The notes: generated by a model from the sequence alone, not told the origin. Positions 10,239 to 19,387 are shown, counted from the first letter of the stretch. The stretch is 34,238 nucleotides of DNA from an archaeon (GCA_024277315.1 JAJRVK010000073.1:1-34238); one strand, 5' to 3'. Translations and numbers: made by a program.

Positions 10239-10583
10239 ATGGAAACAAGAACAGGAGACTGGAAGGGAGAGAAGCATGTTCCGGCGATAGATGTTGAAAG
10301 GAGGGAAAAAGGATACCATGTGACCGTCCATGTGGGTAAGGAAATCCCCCATCCGAACACACCGGAGCATCACATAGCATGGATAGAGCTCTATTTCAGG
10401 CCCGAGGATGGGAACTTCCCAGTGATGGTGGGGAGAGCGGCATTCACATCGCACGGAGACATAGCCACCAATCCAAGGGCGGAGTTCTGCATAAAGACCG
10501 ATAAGAAAGGAAAGCTCATAGCCCTCTCATACTGCAACATACATGGGCTGTGGGAATTCGAGAAAGAATTGATAGAGAGGTGA
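10239..10583 (+). CDS. sor: Superoxide reductase (neelaredoxin, 1Fe)
   Basis: EKHVP, HPNTPEHHIAWI, SYCNIHGLW; ATG after GAGGTGA. Confidence 0.95.
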   Translation: METRTGDWKGEKHVPAIDVERREKGYHVTVHVGKEIPHPNTPEHHIAWIELYFRPEDGNFPVMVGRAAFTSHGDIATNPRAEFCIKTDKKGKLIALSYCNIHGLWEFEKELIER

Positions 10584-10587
10584 AAAA

Positions 10588-11085
10588 ATGGGAACAAAAG
10601 GAAGAGAAATGGTTGGAAATAAAGTGGATGAAGTGATAGACCTGCTGAACAGGGCTCTTGCGGATGAATGGCTGGCATATTACCAGTACTGGATAGGCTC
10701 GAAGATAGTGGTCGGACCCATGAAAGGCGAGGTCATGACGGAGCTGATGGAGCATGCTGCGGACGAGCTGAGGCATGCGGAACTCCTGGTTACGAGGATA
10801 ATACAGCTCGGCGGAAAGCCGATTCTGGACCCGGATGACTGGAAAAAGCTGACGAACTGCGGTTACGATGCACCGGAGGACCCATTCGTCAGGAAGATAC
10901 TGGACCAGAACATAAAGGGAGAGCAGTGTGCGATAAGCACATACAGGAAGATGATGGAGATGACCAAGGAAATAGACCCGATAACATACGAGATAGCTCT
11001 GGAGATAATGAGAGACGAGGTGGAGCATGAAGATGACCTTCAGGGCCTCGTTGAGGACCTGGAGAACATGAAGTTCCTTCGCTGA
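10588..11085 (+). CDS. DPS-like (DpsL) / bacterioferritin-related ferritin-superfamily protein
   Basis: LNRALADEWLAYYQYW, ELRHA, RIIQLGG, GEQCAI, DEVEHE diiron motifs. Confidence 0.85.
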   Translation: MGTKGREMVGNKVDEVIDLLNRALADEWLAYYQYWIGSKIVVGPMKGEVMTELMEHAADELRHAELLVTRIIQLGGKPILDPDDWKKLTNCGYDAPEDPFVRKILDQNIKGEQCAISTYRKMMEMTKEIDPITYEIALEIMRDEVEHEDDLQGLVEDLENMKFLR

Positions 11086-11097
11086 GGAGGTGAGTGT

Positions 11098-11601
11098 TTG
11101 AAGAAGATGACCGAGAAATCACTTGGCGAGGCGTTCGCTGGAGAGAGCATGGCCCACATGAAGTACCTGATATTCGCAGAACAGGCAGAAAAAGAGGGAA
11201 AGAACGGCATAGCGAGGCTTTTCAGAGCCATAGCATACGCTGAGTACGTGCATGCGAAGAACCATGCGAGAAACCTTGGCTACATAGGCAGCACCGTTGA
11301 GAACATACAGGCAGGCATAGACGGCGAAACTTTCGAGATAGAGGAGATGTACCCTGCATACATGGCAATAGCGAAACTTCAGGACGAAAAGGGAGCGCAG
11401 CAATCCATATGGTATGCCGAGGAGGCCGAGAAGATACATGCGGAGATGTACTCTCAGGCAAAGGAGAAGGCGGAAGAAGGAGAGGATTTTCAGGCGGATG
11501 AGGTATATGTCTGCCCCGTTTGCGGCTACACCCACATAGGAAAGCCTCCCGAGAGATGCCCTGTATGTAAGGTGCCCTCCGAGAAGTTCGAAAGATTCTG
11601 A
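11098..11601 (+). CDS. rbr: Rubrerythrin
   Basis: AFAGESMA, AEYVHA, GETFEIEEMYP, EKIHA, C-terminal CPVCG...CPVC; TTG start after GGAGGTGA. Confidence 0.95.
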   Translation: MKKMTEKSLGEAFAGESMAHMKYLIFAEQAEKEGKNGIARLFRAIAYAEYVHAKNHARNLGYIGSTVENIQAGIDGETFEIEEMYPAYMAIAKLQDEKGAQQSIWYAEEAEKIHAEMYSQAKEKAEEGEDFQADEVYVCPVCGYTHIGKPPERCPVCKVPSEKFERF

Positions 11602-11610
11602 GGTGATGAA

Positions 11611-12120
11611 ATGATAGATAAAGATGTTGAAGAGGAGCTGAACAAGCAGATAAACGAGGAGATGTACTCTGCGTACCTTTACCTCTCGATGTCCGCTTAT
11701 TTCGAGAACATTGGGCTGAAAGGCTTTGCGAACTGGATGTACGTGCAGTATCAGGAGGAGATGGGCCATGCGATGAAGTTCTACAGGTACGTTCAGGAGA
11801 GGGGAGGAAAGGTGAGGCTATATGCGATAAAGGAGCCGCCGCATGAGTGGAAATCTCCCCTGGATGCCTTCGAGCAGACCCTGAAACATGAGAAGCACAT
11901 AACCGAGTGCATAAACAATCTCGTAGACCTTGCCGAAAAGAAGAAGGACAGGGCCACATTCAACCTCCTGCAGTGGTACATAGACGAGCAGGTTGAGGAA
12001 GAGGCGAATGATGAGGAGATAATCGCACAGCTGAAGCTCATAGGCGACAACGGACAGGGGCTGCTCATGCTTGACAGAGAGCTCGGGCAGAGGACATACA
12101 CACCGATAAACCAGGGGTGA
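11611..12120 (+). CDS. ftnA: Non-heme ferritin
   Basis: QINEEMYSAYLYLSM, EEMGHA, HEKHIT, LQWYIDEQVEEE. Confidence 0.95.
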   Translation: MIDKDVEEELNKQINEEMYSAYLYLSMSAYFENIGLKGFANWMYVQYQEEMGHAMKFYRYVQERGGKVRLYAIKEPPHEWKSPLDAFEQTLKHEKHITECINNLVDLAEKKKDRATFNLLQWYIDEQVEEEANDEEIIAQLKLIGDNGQGLLMLDRELGQRTYTPINQG

Positions 12121-12124
12121 GAGT

Positions 12125-12631
12125 ATGGATATATCCAGATACAGCCTGGAAGACCTCCTTCTGGCTGCCATAAAGAGCGAGGTCGAGGCCGAAGAGGTCT
12201 ATCTCAGGCTTTCCGAAAGGGTGAAAAATCCCTTCCTCAGGGGAAGACTCGAGTTCCTGGCAGATGAGGAGAAAAAGCACAAGAAATTCCTTGAAAAGGT
12301 CTTCAAGGAGACATTTCCGGCAAAAAACATAGTTCTTCCGAGAGCCAGCAATGTTCCTCTGCCTTCCGTAAGACTCCACGGGGAAACCGGGGCCATGAGA
12401 GATGTTATCGTTATCCTGGAAGATGCGATGAAGGCCGAAAAGGCCGCACATGAGTTCTACGACCATCTGAAGACGAGGTTCAGGGACGAAAAGGTACGGA
12501 CGGCCCTCCATTATCTGGCCCTCATGGAGCTGGACCATTACAGGATATTGCGGATGGAAAGGGACGAGATAGGAGAGGTCGAGAATGTGATGGAAGATAT
12601 GGGATACATCAATCTGGATGGAGTGTACTGA
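12125..12631 (+). CDS. Ferritin-like (rubrerythrin diiron domain) protein, paralog 1
   Basis: AIKSEVEA, EEKKH, AMKAEKAA, MELDH. Confidence 0.85.
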   Translation: MDISRYSLEDLLLAAIKSEVEAEEVYLRLSERVKNPFLRGRLEFLADEEKKHKKFLEKVFKETFPAKNIVLPRASNVPLPSVRLHGETGAMRDVIVILEDAMKAEKAAHEFYDHLKTRFRDEKVRTALHYLALMELDHYRILRMERDEIGEVENVMEDMGYINLDGVY

Positions 12632-12641
12632 GGTGATGAGA

Positions 12642-13133
12642 ATGGATATAAGCGAATTCGGAATGGAAGAATTGCTTCTTGCGGCCATAAAGAGTGAGGT
12701 TGAAAGCGAAAGAATATACAAGGAGACCGCAGTTCGCGTTAAGAACGCTTTCTTAAGGGAGAGACTGGAGTTTCTAGCCGCCGAGGAGAAAAAACACAGG
12801 CAGTTCCTGGAATTCCTTTACAGAAAGAAGATGGGCGACAAAAAAATCGTGCTACCCGAGAAAAGCAGGGTGCCTCTGCCCCGAATTGACATAGGTAGTG
12901 AGAATGACCCCATAAGTCTGTTACTGGAGAGCGCCATGAAAGCCGAAAAGGCGGCAGAAGCGTTCTATAACGCACTGGCTGAGAGGTTCGAGGATGATGA
13001 GACCAGAAAGATGCTGAAGGTATTCGCCAACATGGAATACGGGCACTACAAGATACTGGAATCCGAGTATGAGAGCGCCAAGGTTTTCGAGGACTATGAC
13101 ACCATATGGCCCATGATGCATGTCGGCCCATGA
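12642..13133 (+). CDS. Ferritin-like (rubrerythrin diiron domain) protein, paralog 2
   Basis: AIKSEVES, EEKKH, AMKAEKAA, MEYGH; tail WPMMHVGP; start chosen from GAGGTGA RBS. Confidence 0.85.
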   Translation: MDISEFGMEELLLAAIKSEVESERIYKETAVRVKNAFLRERLEFLAAEEKKHRQFLEFLYRKKMGDKKIVLPEKSRVPLPRIDIGSENDPISLLLESAMKAEKAAEAFYNALAERFEDDETRKMLKVFANMEYGHYKILESEYESAKVFEDYDTIWPMMHVGP

Positions 13134-13145
13134 GGAGGTGAAAAA

Positions 13146-13328
13146 ATGGATGTTAAGAAGGAAATCGTGCTGGAAGCCATGAAAAAGGCGGGAAAACCCG
13201 TAAGACCCGGAGATGTTGCAAAGGCCACGGGTCTGGACAGCAAGGAAGTTTCGAAGATAATATCGGTGCTGAAAAAGGAAGGGAAGGTGGAGTCTCCGAA
13301 GAGATGCTATTACTCCCCGAAAAGCTGA
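13146..13328 (+). CDS. Small winged-helix protein, 60 aa
   Basis: VLEAMKKAGKPVRPGDVAKATGLDSKEVSKIISVLKKEGKVESPKRCYY; GGAGGTGA RBS. Confidence 0.8.
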   Translation: MDVKKEIVLEAMKKAGKPVRPGDVAKATGLDSKEVSKIISVLKKEGKVESPKRCYYSPKS

Positions 13329-13332
13329 GAGC

Positions 13333-13438
13333 TTCGATTTTTCCGATCGAAACCCCTTACCGTGGATTTATTCCGGAGATAATCCAATGGTTTTTTCATA
13401 TAATTTTAAAGTTCATAAATGAACCGTGTGTTTATATA
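13333..13438. promoter_or_regulatory. Intergenic inverted repeats, T-run and TATA box (possible terminator plus promoter/operator)
   Basis: TTCGAT-N7-ATCGAA 13333-13351; imperfect TGGATT...AATCCA 13363-13386; GTTCAT-AA-ATGAAC 13411-13424; TTTATATA 13431-13438. Confidence 0.5.
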
Positions 13439-13522
13439 GTATGACAGCCAAAGGTGTAAATACAGAAAAAAATTTGCATGTTTGTGGAGATGAGCAGCGC
13501 AAATGACCTGAAAGGTGATAAA

Positions 13523-14005
13523 ATGGAAAACAGAGAGGAAAGTGTGAGAAAGATAGGAAAGATGATGGGGAATGCGATACGAGGCGAGATAGAGGCCGAG
13601 GAGATGTATACCGAACTCTCGGATATGACAGATAGCGTGTTTCTTAGAGAGAGATTCAGATTCCTTGCAAGAGAGGGGGAGGAGTACAGAAAGGTCCTGG
13701 AAAAGCTCTCGAGAGATATATTCGGGGAAGATATAGAGATTCCAGATAAGAGCAGCCTTCCGTTGCCCGACATAAAACTCCATATGAAGAATGGCACGCT
13801 TCCGCTCGAGGAGCTCATAGGGGTGCTAAAAAAAGTAAAGGATTCGGAGAAAGAGGCCCATGATGTGTATATGTCGATGAGCAGGTTCTTCGAGGATAAA
13901 TGCCCCGAGAGAAGAATGCTGGAATATCTGGCATTTCTAAAACTGGATCGTTACTACATTCTCGAGAGAAAGATAATGAAACTCCGGGAGTTCGGAGTGG
14001 TGTAG
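13523..14005 (+). CDS. Ferritin-like paralog 3 with degenerate diiron ligands
   Basis: Colinear with paralogs 1 and 2 (FLRERFRFLA, LPLP), but EEKKH is EGEEY and MELDH is LKLDR; AGGTGAT RBS. Confidence 0.75.
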   Translation: MENREESVRKIGKMMGNAIRGEIEAEEMYTELSDMTDSVFLRERFRFLAREGEEYRKVLEKLSRDIFGEDIEIPDKSSLPLPDIKLHMKNGTLPLEELIGVLKKVKDSEKEAHDVYMSMSRFFEDKCPERRMLEYLAFLKLDRYYILERKIMKLREFGVV

Positions 14006-14082
14006 GACATCCATTCCTCAGGGGTCCAGAAATACACACAAATGTCCGATACATATAAATACAAAAGAGAGGATGCCTGCTC

Positions 14083-14256
14083 ATGGAAGGAGAAGGAGCA
14101 ACTGCATTCTGTATGCCCGACTCGGAGGGAAAGGAGTACTGCCTCGGGGACTTCAATGGAAAACGGGCAATTCTCTGTTTCTATCCCGAAGATAACCCCA
14201 ACGGATGCTCAAGAGAGCCTATAGGATTCTGTGAAAAGAGGGATGAGATTGCGTAA
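14083..14256 (+). pseudogene. Truncated Bcp/PrxQ peroxiredoxin remnant, 57 aa (not in ORF track)
   Basis: MEGEGATAFCMPDSEGKEYCLGDFNGKRAILCFYPEDNPNGCSREPIGFCEKRDEIA* resembles the Bcp N-terminus FYPKDxTPGCTxE. Confidence 0.7.
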
Positions 14257-15967
14257 TGGCGGTACGACCATCTTGCTGTGCGGTGAGGCAGGTCAGGGGA
14301 TAAAAACCCTGGAGATAATGCTACTCAGCTCTCTAAAGCTCTCGAGATTCAATGTTTATGGCACAGAGGAATATATGTCAAGGGTCAGAGGCGGCATGAA
14401 CATAACCGAAATAAGGATATCCCATCACAGGGTAAGGGCTTTCTCCTCCCATGCCGATATCGTGATACCGTTCCACAAAGGGGCACTTCCTTGGATAAGC
14501 GACAGGATATCTGGCGATACCGTGATTATGGGCGACAGCCGCAATATGGAAAAGGAATTTATGAGGGAGGGGAAGACCATAGAAATTCCTCTGACAGACA
14601 TAGCAATCAGAGCGGGAAGCCGCCTCTACATCAATATGGTTGTGGGAGGCTTGATACCGGGCCTTTTCGACGGGACTCTCAAGCTCATGAACGAATACAT
14701 ATTAAAGCGCTTCATGTCGAAGGGAAAGGATGTGGTCGATGGAAATCTCAGGGCACTCGAGGAAGGTTATGCCCTCGGAAAGAAGGTGAAAGACACTGGA
14801 TCATTCGTTCCAGCGGTGAAAAAAGACCCATCGGTTGCCGGAGATATAGTTATCAGCGGTACCGAGGCGGTGGCGCTCGGCGCTATGGCCGGAGGGATGA
14901 ATTTTCTGAGCTTTTATCCCATGTCTCCTTCCACAGGGGTGGCTGTTTTTGCGGCAGCCCACTCGGAGGAGCTGGGAATTCTTGTGGAACAGGCCGAAGA
15001 CGAGATAGCGGCAGGAAACATGGCCATAGGGGCATGGTATGCAGGTGCCAGGGCAATGGTGACAACCTCGGGCGGAGGCTTTTCTCTCATGACCGAGGCG
15101 CTTAGCCTGGCAGGGATGGCCGAGATCCCGCTCGTCATCCACATCGCACAGAGACCCGGGCCTGCCACGGGCCTCCCCACGAGGACCATGCAGGGAGACC
15201 TCAATATGGCCCTTTATGCCGGACACGGCGAGTTCCCGAGGATAATACTGGCACCTGGGAATATGGAGCAGGCATTCCGGCTCAGCGGAGCGGCCTTCAA
15301 TCTTGCGGAGCTTTTTCAGGTTCCGGTTCTGATTCTCACGGACCAGTACTTCGTGGATACCCACTACAACATACCTGAAACGGATTTGGAGCGCATAAAA
15401 AGGGATGGATACATCTCTGAGGCGGGAGAGGATTACAGGCGTTACATTCTGACGGAGGATGGCATATCGCCGAGGGCCGTACCGGGGAACGGAAAAGGCG
15501 TGGTGATAGCAAACGGAAACGAGCATGACGAATGGGGAGACATCTCGGAGGACAAGGAGCTCAACAGGAAGATGCAGGAAAAGAGGGCCATCAAAAAGAT
15601 GGATAAGATACGCAAGCATGCCGAGATGCCGGAAATCATCGGCAATACCGGGGCGAAGAATGCCGTCGTGAGCTGGGGCTCTACATACCATACCGTTAAG
15701 GAAGCGGTGGAGAGGCTGGAAAAGGACGTCATGTTGCTTCATTTCTCATGGGTCCACCCGCTTCCCGGGAATCTCCGCCAAGTTCTGGAGGGAAAAACCA
15801 TAATGTCGGTGGAACAGAATGTGGGAGGGCAGTTTGCGGATATGCTTTCCAGAGAAACCGGTTTGAACATCAGGTATAAAGTACTGAAATACGACGGTAG
15901 GCCGTTTTCTGTGGAAGAACTTTATGAGATATTGAACAGTATTATGGGGGGAGAAGATGGAAGATAG
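14243..15967 (+). CDS. korA: 2-oxoacid:ferredoxin oxidoreductase alpha subunit
   Basis: GEAGQG, EYMSRVRGG, FYPMSPST, EQAEDEIAA, TTSGGGFSLM, QRPGPATGLPT, LKYDGRPF. Confidence 0.93.
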   Translation: MRLRNGGTTILLCGEAGQGIKTLEIMLLSSLKLSRFNVYGTEEYMSRVRGGMNITEIRISHHRVRAFSSHADIVIPFHKGALPWISDRISGDTVIMGDSRNMEKEFMREGKTIEIPLTDIAIRAGSRLYINMVVGGLIPGLFDGTLKLMNEYILKRFMSKGKDVVDGNLRALEEGYALGKKVKDTGSFVPAVKKDPSVAGDIVISGTEAVALGAMAGGMNFLSFYPMSPSTGVAVFAAAHSEELGILVEQAEDEIAAGNMAIGAWYAGARAMVTTSGGGFSLMTEALSLAGMAEIPLVIHIAQRPGPATGLPTRTMQGDLNMALYAGHGEFPRIILAPGNMEQAFRLSGAAFNLAELFQVPVLILTDQYFVDTHYNIPETDLERIKRDGYISEAGEDYRRYILTEDGISPRAVPGNGKGVVIANGNEHDEWGDISEDKELNRKMQEKRAIKKMDKIRKHAEMPEIIGNTGAKNAVVSWGSTYHTVKEAVERLEKDVMLLHFSWVHPLPGNLRQVLEGKTIMSVEQNVGGQFADMLSRETGLNIRYKVLKYDGRPFSVEELYEILNSIMGGEDGR

Positions 15968-16817
15968 GTTCGAACCCGGGAGGCCCGGCTCATCAGACAT
16001 CGCATGGTGTCCGGGATGCGGAAACTTCGGAATCAGGAACATCCTGAAAAAGACCTTCTCAGAGCTTGGGTTGGAACCGAATAAAACGGTCATAATAAGC
16101 GGCATAGGACAAGCTGCCAAAATGCCGCATTATATAAAAACAAATGCCTTCCACAGCCTCCACGGTAGAGCCATCCCGATAGCCACCGGAGTGAAGCTCA
16201 GCAACCCGGAGCTGACCGTTATAGCGGAAGGAGGGGACGGAGACATATATTCGGAAGGTGGCAACCATCTGGTCCATGCAATTAGGAGGAATCCGGACAT
16301 CACTGTGCTGGTCCATGACAACCAGATATACGGACTCACAAAAGGACAGGCATCTCCGACGACCTATCCCGGGATGAGGACACCGACACAGCCGTGGGGA
16401 GTCTTCGAGGAGCCTCTGAACCCGATATCCATGGCCGTGGCTCTAGACGCTTCGTTCGTGGCCAGAACATATATGGGTCATATGGAAAAATCGGTGGAGA
16501 TAATAAAAAAAGCCATTATGCACAGAGGCTTCTCCGTTGTGGATATCCTGCATCCCTGTGTTGTCTTCAACAGGCTCAATACATACGAATGGTATAAAGA
16601 GCACACATACTGGATGGAGGGGCACGACCCATACGACAGAACGAAGGCTTTCGAGAAGGCCATAGAGACAGAGCCGGTCCCTCTGGGGATATTCCATATT
16701 CATGAAAAGCCGACATTCGAAGAGCAGGTGAGCGCCTATGCCAGAGATGACACACCGCTTTGGAAAAGAGCTCCGAATATTGATAGCATATTCAAGATAA
16801 TTGAAAAAATGAGGTGA
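15957..16817 (+). CDS. korB: 2-oxoacid:ferredoxin oxidoreductase beta subunit
   Basis: WCPGCGNFG, SGIGQA, LHGRAIP, GGDGD, DNQIYGLTKGQASPT. Confidence 0.93.
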   Translation: MEDRFEPGRPGSSDIAWCPGCGNFGIRNILKKTFSELGLEPNKTVIISGIGQAAKMPHYIKTNAFHSLHGRAIPIATGVKLSNPELTVIAEGGDGDIYSEGGNHLVHAIRRNPDITVLVHDNQIYGLTKGQASPTTYPGMRTPTQPWGVFEEPLNPISMAVALDASFVARTYMGHMEKSVEIIKKAIMHRGFSVVDILHPCVVFNRLNTYEWYKEHTYWMEGHDPYDRTKAFEKAIETEPVPLGIFHIHEKPTFEEQVSAYARDDTPLWKRAPNIDSIFKIIEKMR

Positions 16818-16821
16818 AAGT

Positions 16822-17280
16822 ATGATAGAGATAGGAAAAAGAATTGAGGATTTCGTGCTGAAAGACCAGCACGGAAATGAGTTCAGACTCTCGGAGCACA
16901 GAGGAAAGAGGGTGATTCTCTCGTTCCATCCGCTGGCATGGACCCCTGTATGTGCCGAGCAGATGAAAGGCCTAGAGGAAAATCACAAGAGGCTCCATGA
17001 GCTTAACACAATCGCCGTGGGAATAAGCGTGGATTCCACATTTTCGAAGAAGGCATGGGCCGAATCCCTCGGAATAGAGAGAACGCGGTTGCTGTCCGAT
17101 TTCTGGCCCCATAGTGAACTGGCAAAGAAACTCGGTATTTTCAGGGAAAATGACGGATTTTCTGAGAGGGCGAACATAATAGTGGATGAGGACGGAAATG
17201 TGATATTTGTCAAAGTATATCCGATATCCCAGGTACCGGACATGGATGAGATAATAGTCTTTCTGGAAGGAAGGAGGTGA
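16822..17280 (+). CDS. Peroxiredoxin (AhpC/TSA family, 1-Cys AhpE-like)
   Basis: SFHPLAWTPVC (PxxxTxxC), GISVDS, LLSDFWPH, SERA. Confidence 0.9.
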   Translation: MIEIGKRIEDFVLKDQHGNEFRLSEHRGKRVILSFHPLAWTPVCAEQMKGLEENHKRLHELNTIAVGISVDSTFSKKAWAESLGIERTRLLSDFWPHSELAKKLGIFRENDGFSERANIIVDEDGNVIFVKVYPISQVPDMDEIIVFLEGRR

Positions 17281-17284
17281 GATC

Positions 17285-19387
17285 ATGGAACACGATATGA
17301 ACGATATGGATATGAATGAGGGGCAGATGCATCATCACCATGAGCACGGAAACATGGAACACGGAGCGCACGGGATGAAACACGGGGATATGGAGCGTCA
17401 CCACGGAGGACACGAAGGAGGGGGACACAAGGGCCACGGAGACCACCATCAGCACATGGTCGAGGATTTCAGAAAGAGATTCTGGATCTCTCTGTTGCTC
17501 ACCGCTCCTATTCTGATACTCTCCCCGCTGATACAGGAGCTACTCGGCATTTCCGGCGCCATCGACTTCCCCGGTGACCTCTATGTTCTGTTCATCCTGT
17601 CATCCGTGGTTTACATATACGGCGGATATCCGTTCCTGAAGGGTTTCTACACGGAGCTTGCCAGAAAAAAGCCCGGTATGATGACCCTGATAGCCATAGC
17701 GATAAGCACGGCATACATCTACAGTGCGGTGGTGGTATTCGGTGTGAAAGGAAAGATATTCTTCTGGGAACTGGCAACCCTGATAGACATCATGCTCCTG
17801 GGTCACTGGATAGAGATGAAATCCGTGATGGGTGCATCCAGAGCTCTGGAGGAACTGGCGAGGTTGATGCCATCCGAGGCGCACAAACTCATGCTGGACG
17901 GCTCCGTAAAGGATGTCTCCCTGGAGAATCTGCGGCCCGGAGACCTGGTGCTTGTGAAACCCGGGGAGAAGATACCTGCTGACGGCATCGTTGTCAGGGG
18001 GGAGGGCTCGGTGAACGAATCCATGCTCACCGGTGAGAGCAAACCGGTCCCGAAAGGAAAAGGGGACACGGTCATAGGGGGCTCGATAAACGGTGAGGGC
18101 TCGATAACGGTTAAAATAGAGAAGACAGGCAAAGATTCCTTCCTCTCGCAGGTCATAGAGCTGGTCAGGGAAGCGCAGGAGAGCAGGTCGAAGACACAGG
18201 ACCTCGCCAACCGCGCGGCCGTCTGGCTGACCATAATAGCGCTCTCCGGAGGCGCGATAACCTTCTTTGTCTGGAATGTATTGGTGGGCAAGGACATAGC
18301 CTTCGCTCTGGAAAGGACGGTCACCGTGATGGTCATAACCTGCCCCCATGCCCTAGGTCTTGCGGTTCCGCTGGTGGTGGCTGTCTCAACCGCTATATCT
18401 GCCAAGAACGGTCTTCTGATAAGGGACAGGGCCGCGTTCGAGAGGGCCAGGAACCTGCAGGCGATAGTCTTCGATAAGACAGGCACGCTGACAAAAGGAG
18501 AGTTCGGGGTCACGGATGTGATACCTCTCTCGGACATGGGAGAGGAGGATATCCTCAGATATGCGGCGGCCGTGGAAAGCAATTCCGAGCATCCTATTGC
18601 GAAGGCCATAGCCAGAGCCTCCGGGAACATACCGAAGGTCGAGAGCTTCAAAGCGATACCGGGCAAAGGAGCCGAGGGCAAGGTCGAAGGAAGGCTTGTC
18701 ATGGTCGTGAGTCCCGGCTATCTGAGGGAGAAAGGCATTGAGATTGAGGATAAACGTGTTGAAAAGGTCTCATCCGAGGGAAAGACCGTGGTCTTTGTTC
18801 TGGTAGATGGAAAACCGAAAGGGGCCATAGCCCTCGCCGACATAATAAGGCCGGAATCTAGGGAAGCTGTGAAGAAGCTCAGGGAGATGGGCATAAAGTG
18901 CATGATGCTGACCGGAGACAACGAGCAGGTGGCGGCATGGGTCGCAAGAGAGGTGGGTCTGGACAAGTACTATGCCGAGGTCCTGCCCCATGAGAAATCC
19001 ATGAAGATCAGGGAGATACAGAAGGAAGGGCTGATAGTTGCGATGACCGGCGACGGTGTCAACGACGCTCCAGCGCTTGCTCAGGCGGATGTGGGCATAG
19101 CCATAGGCGCAGGGACCGATGTCGCCGTGGAATCAGCGGACATAGTCCTGGTTAGAAGCGACCCCAGGGATGTCGTGGCAATCGTGGGTCTGGCCAAAGC
19201 CACATACAGGAAGATGGTGCAGAATCTCCTGTGGGCCACGGGATACAACGCGTTCGCAATACCTCTGGCAGCAGGGGTTCTCTACTCCGAGGGCATACTG
19301 CTGAGCCCGGCCGCAGGTGCGGTTCTCATGTCCATGAGCACGGTAATAGTGGCCGTGAATGCGAAGTTCCTGAAGGTCACGAGGTAA
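17285..19387 (+). CDS. copB: Copper-translocating P1B-3 ATPase with His/Met-rich N-terminus
   Basis: CPHALGL, DKTGTLT, TGES, SEHP, GDGVNDAPAL, YNAFAIP, MSMST. Confidence 0.95.
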   Translation: MEHDMNDMDMNEGQMHHHHEHGNMEHGAHGMKHGDMERHHGGHEGGGHKGHGDHHQHMVEDFRKRFWISLLLTAPILILSPLIQELLGISGAIDFPGDLYVLFILSSVVYIYGGYPFLKGFYTELARKKPGMMTLIAIAISTAYIYSAVVVFGVKGKIFFWELATLIDIMLLGHWIEMKSVMGASRALEELARLMPSEAHKLMLDGSVKDVSLENLRPGDLVLVKPGEKIPADGIVVRGEGSVNESMLTGESKPVPKGKGDTVIGGSINGEGSITVKIEKTGKDSFLSQVIELVREAQESRSKTQDLANRAAVWLTIIALSGGAITFFVWNVLVGKDIAFALERTVTVMVITCPHALGLAVPLVVAVSTAISAKNGLLIRDRAAFERARNLQAIVFDKTGTLTKGEFGVTDVIPLSDMGEEDILRYAAAVESNSEHPIAKAIARASGNIPKVESFKAIPGKGAEGKVEGRLVMVVSPGYLREKGIEIEDKRVEKVSSEGKTVVFVLVDGKPKGAIALADIIRPESREAVKKLREMGIKCMMLTGDNEQVAAWVAREVGLDKYYAEVLPHEKSMKIREIQKEGLIVAMTGDGVNDAPALAQADVGIAIGAGTDVAVESADIVLVRSDPRDVVAIVGLAKATYRKMVQNLLWATGYNAFAIPLAAGVLYSEGILLSPAAGAVLMSMSTVIVAVNAKFLKVTR

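Noticed and set aside
10588..14005. Encapsulin cargo system
   Set aside because: No encapsulin shell gene in the window and no recognisable targeting peptide
14042..14224. 60-aa ORF from the track
   Set aside because: Wrong frame; the overlapping frame 14083-14256 carries the Bcp-like sequence
17285..17460. CACGG/ATGGA-rich repeats as a CRISPR or DNA repeat
   Set aside because: They encode the His/Met-rich CopB N-terminus; no constant repeat-spacer structure
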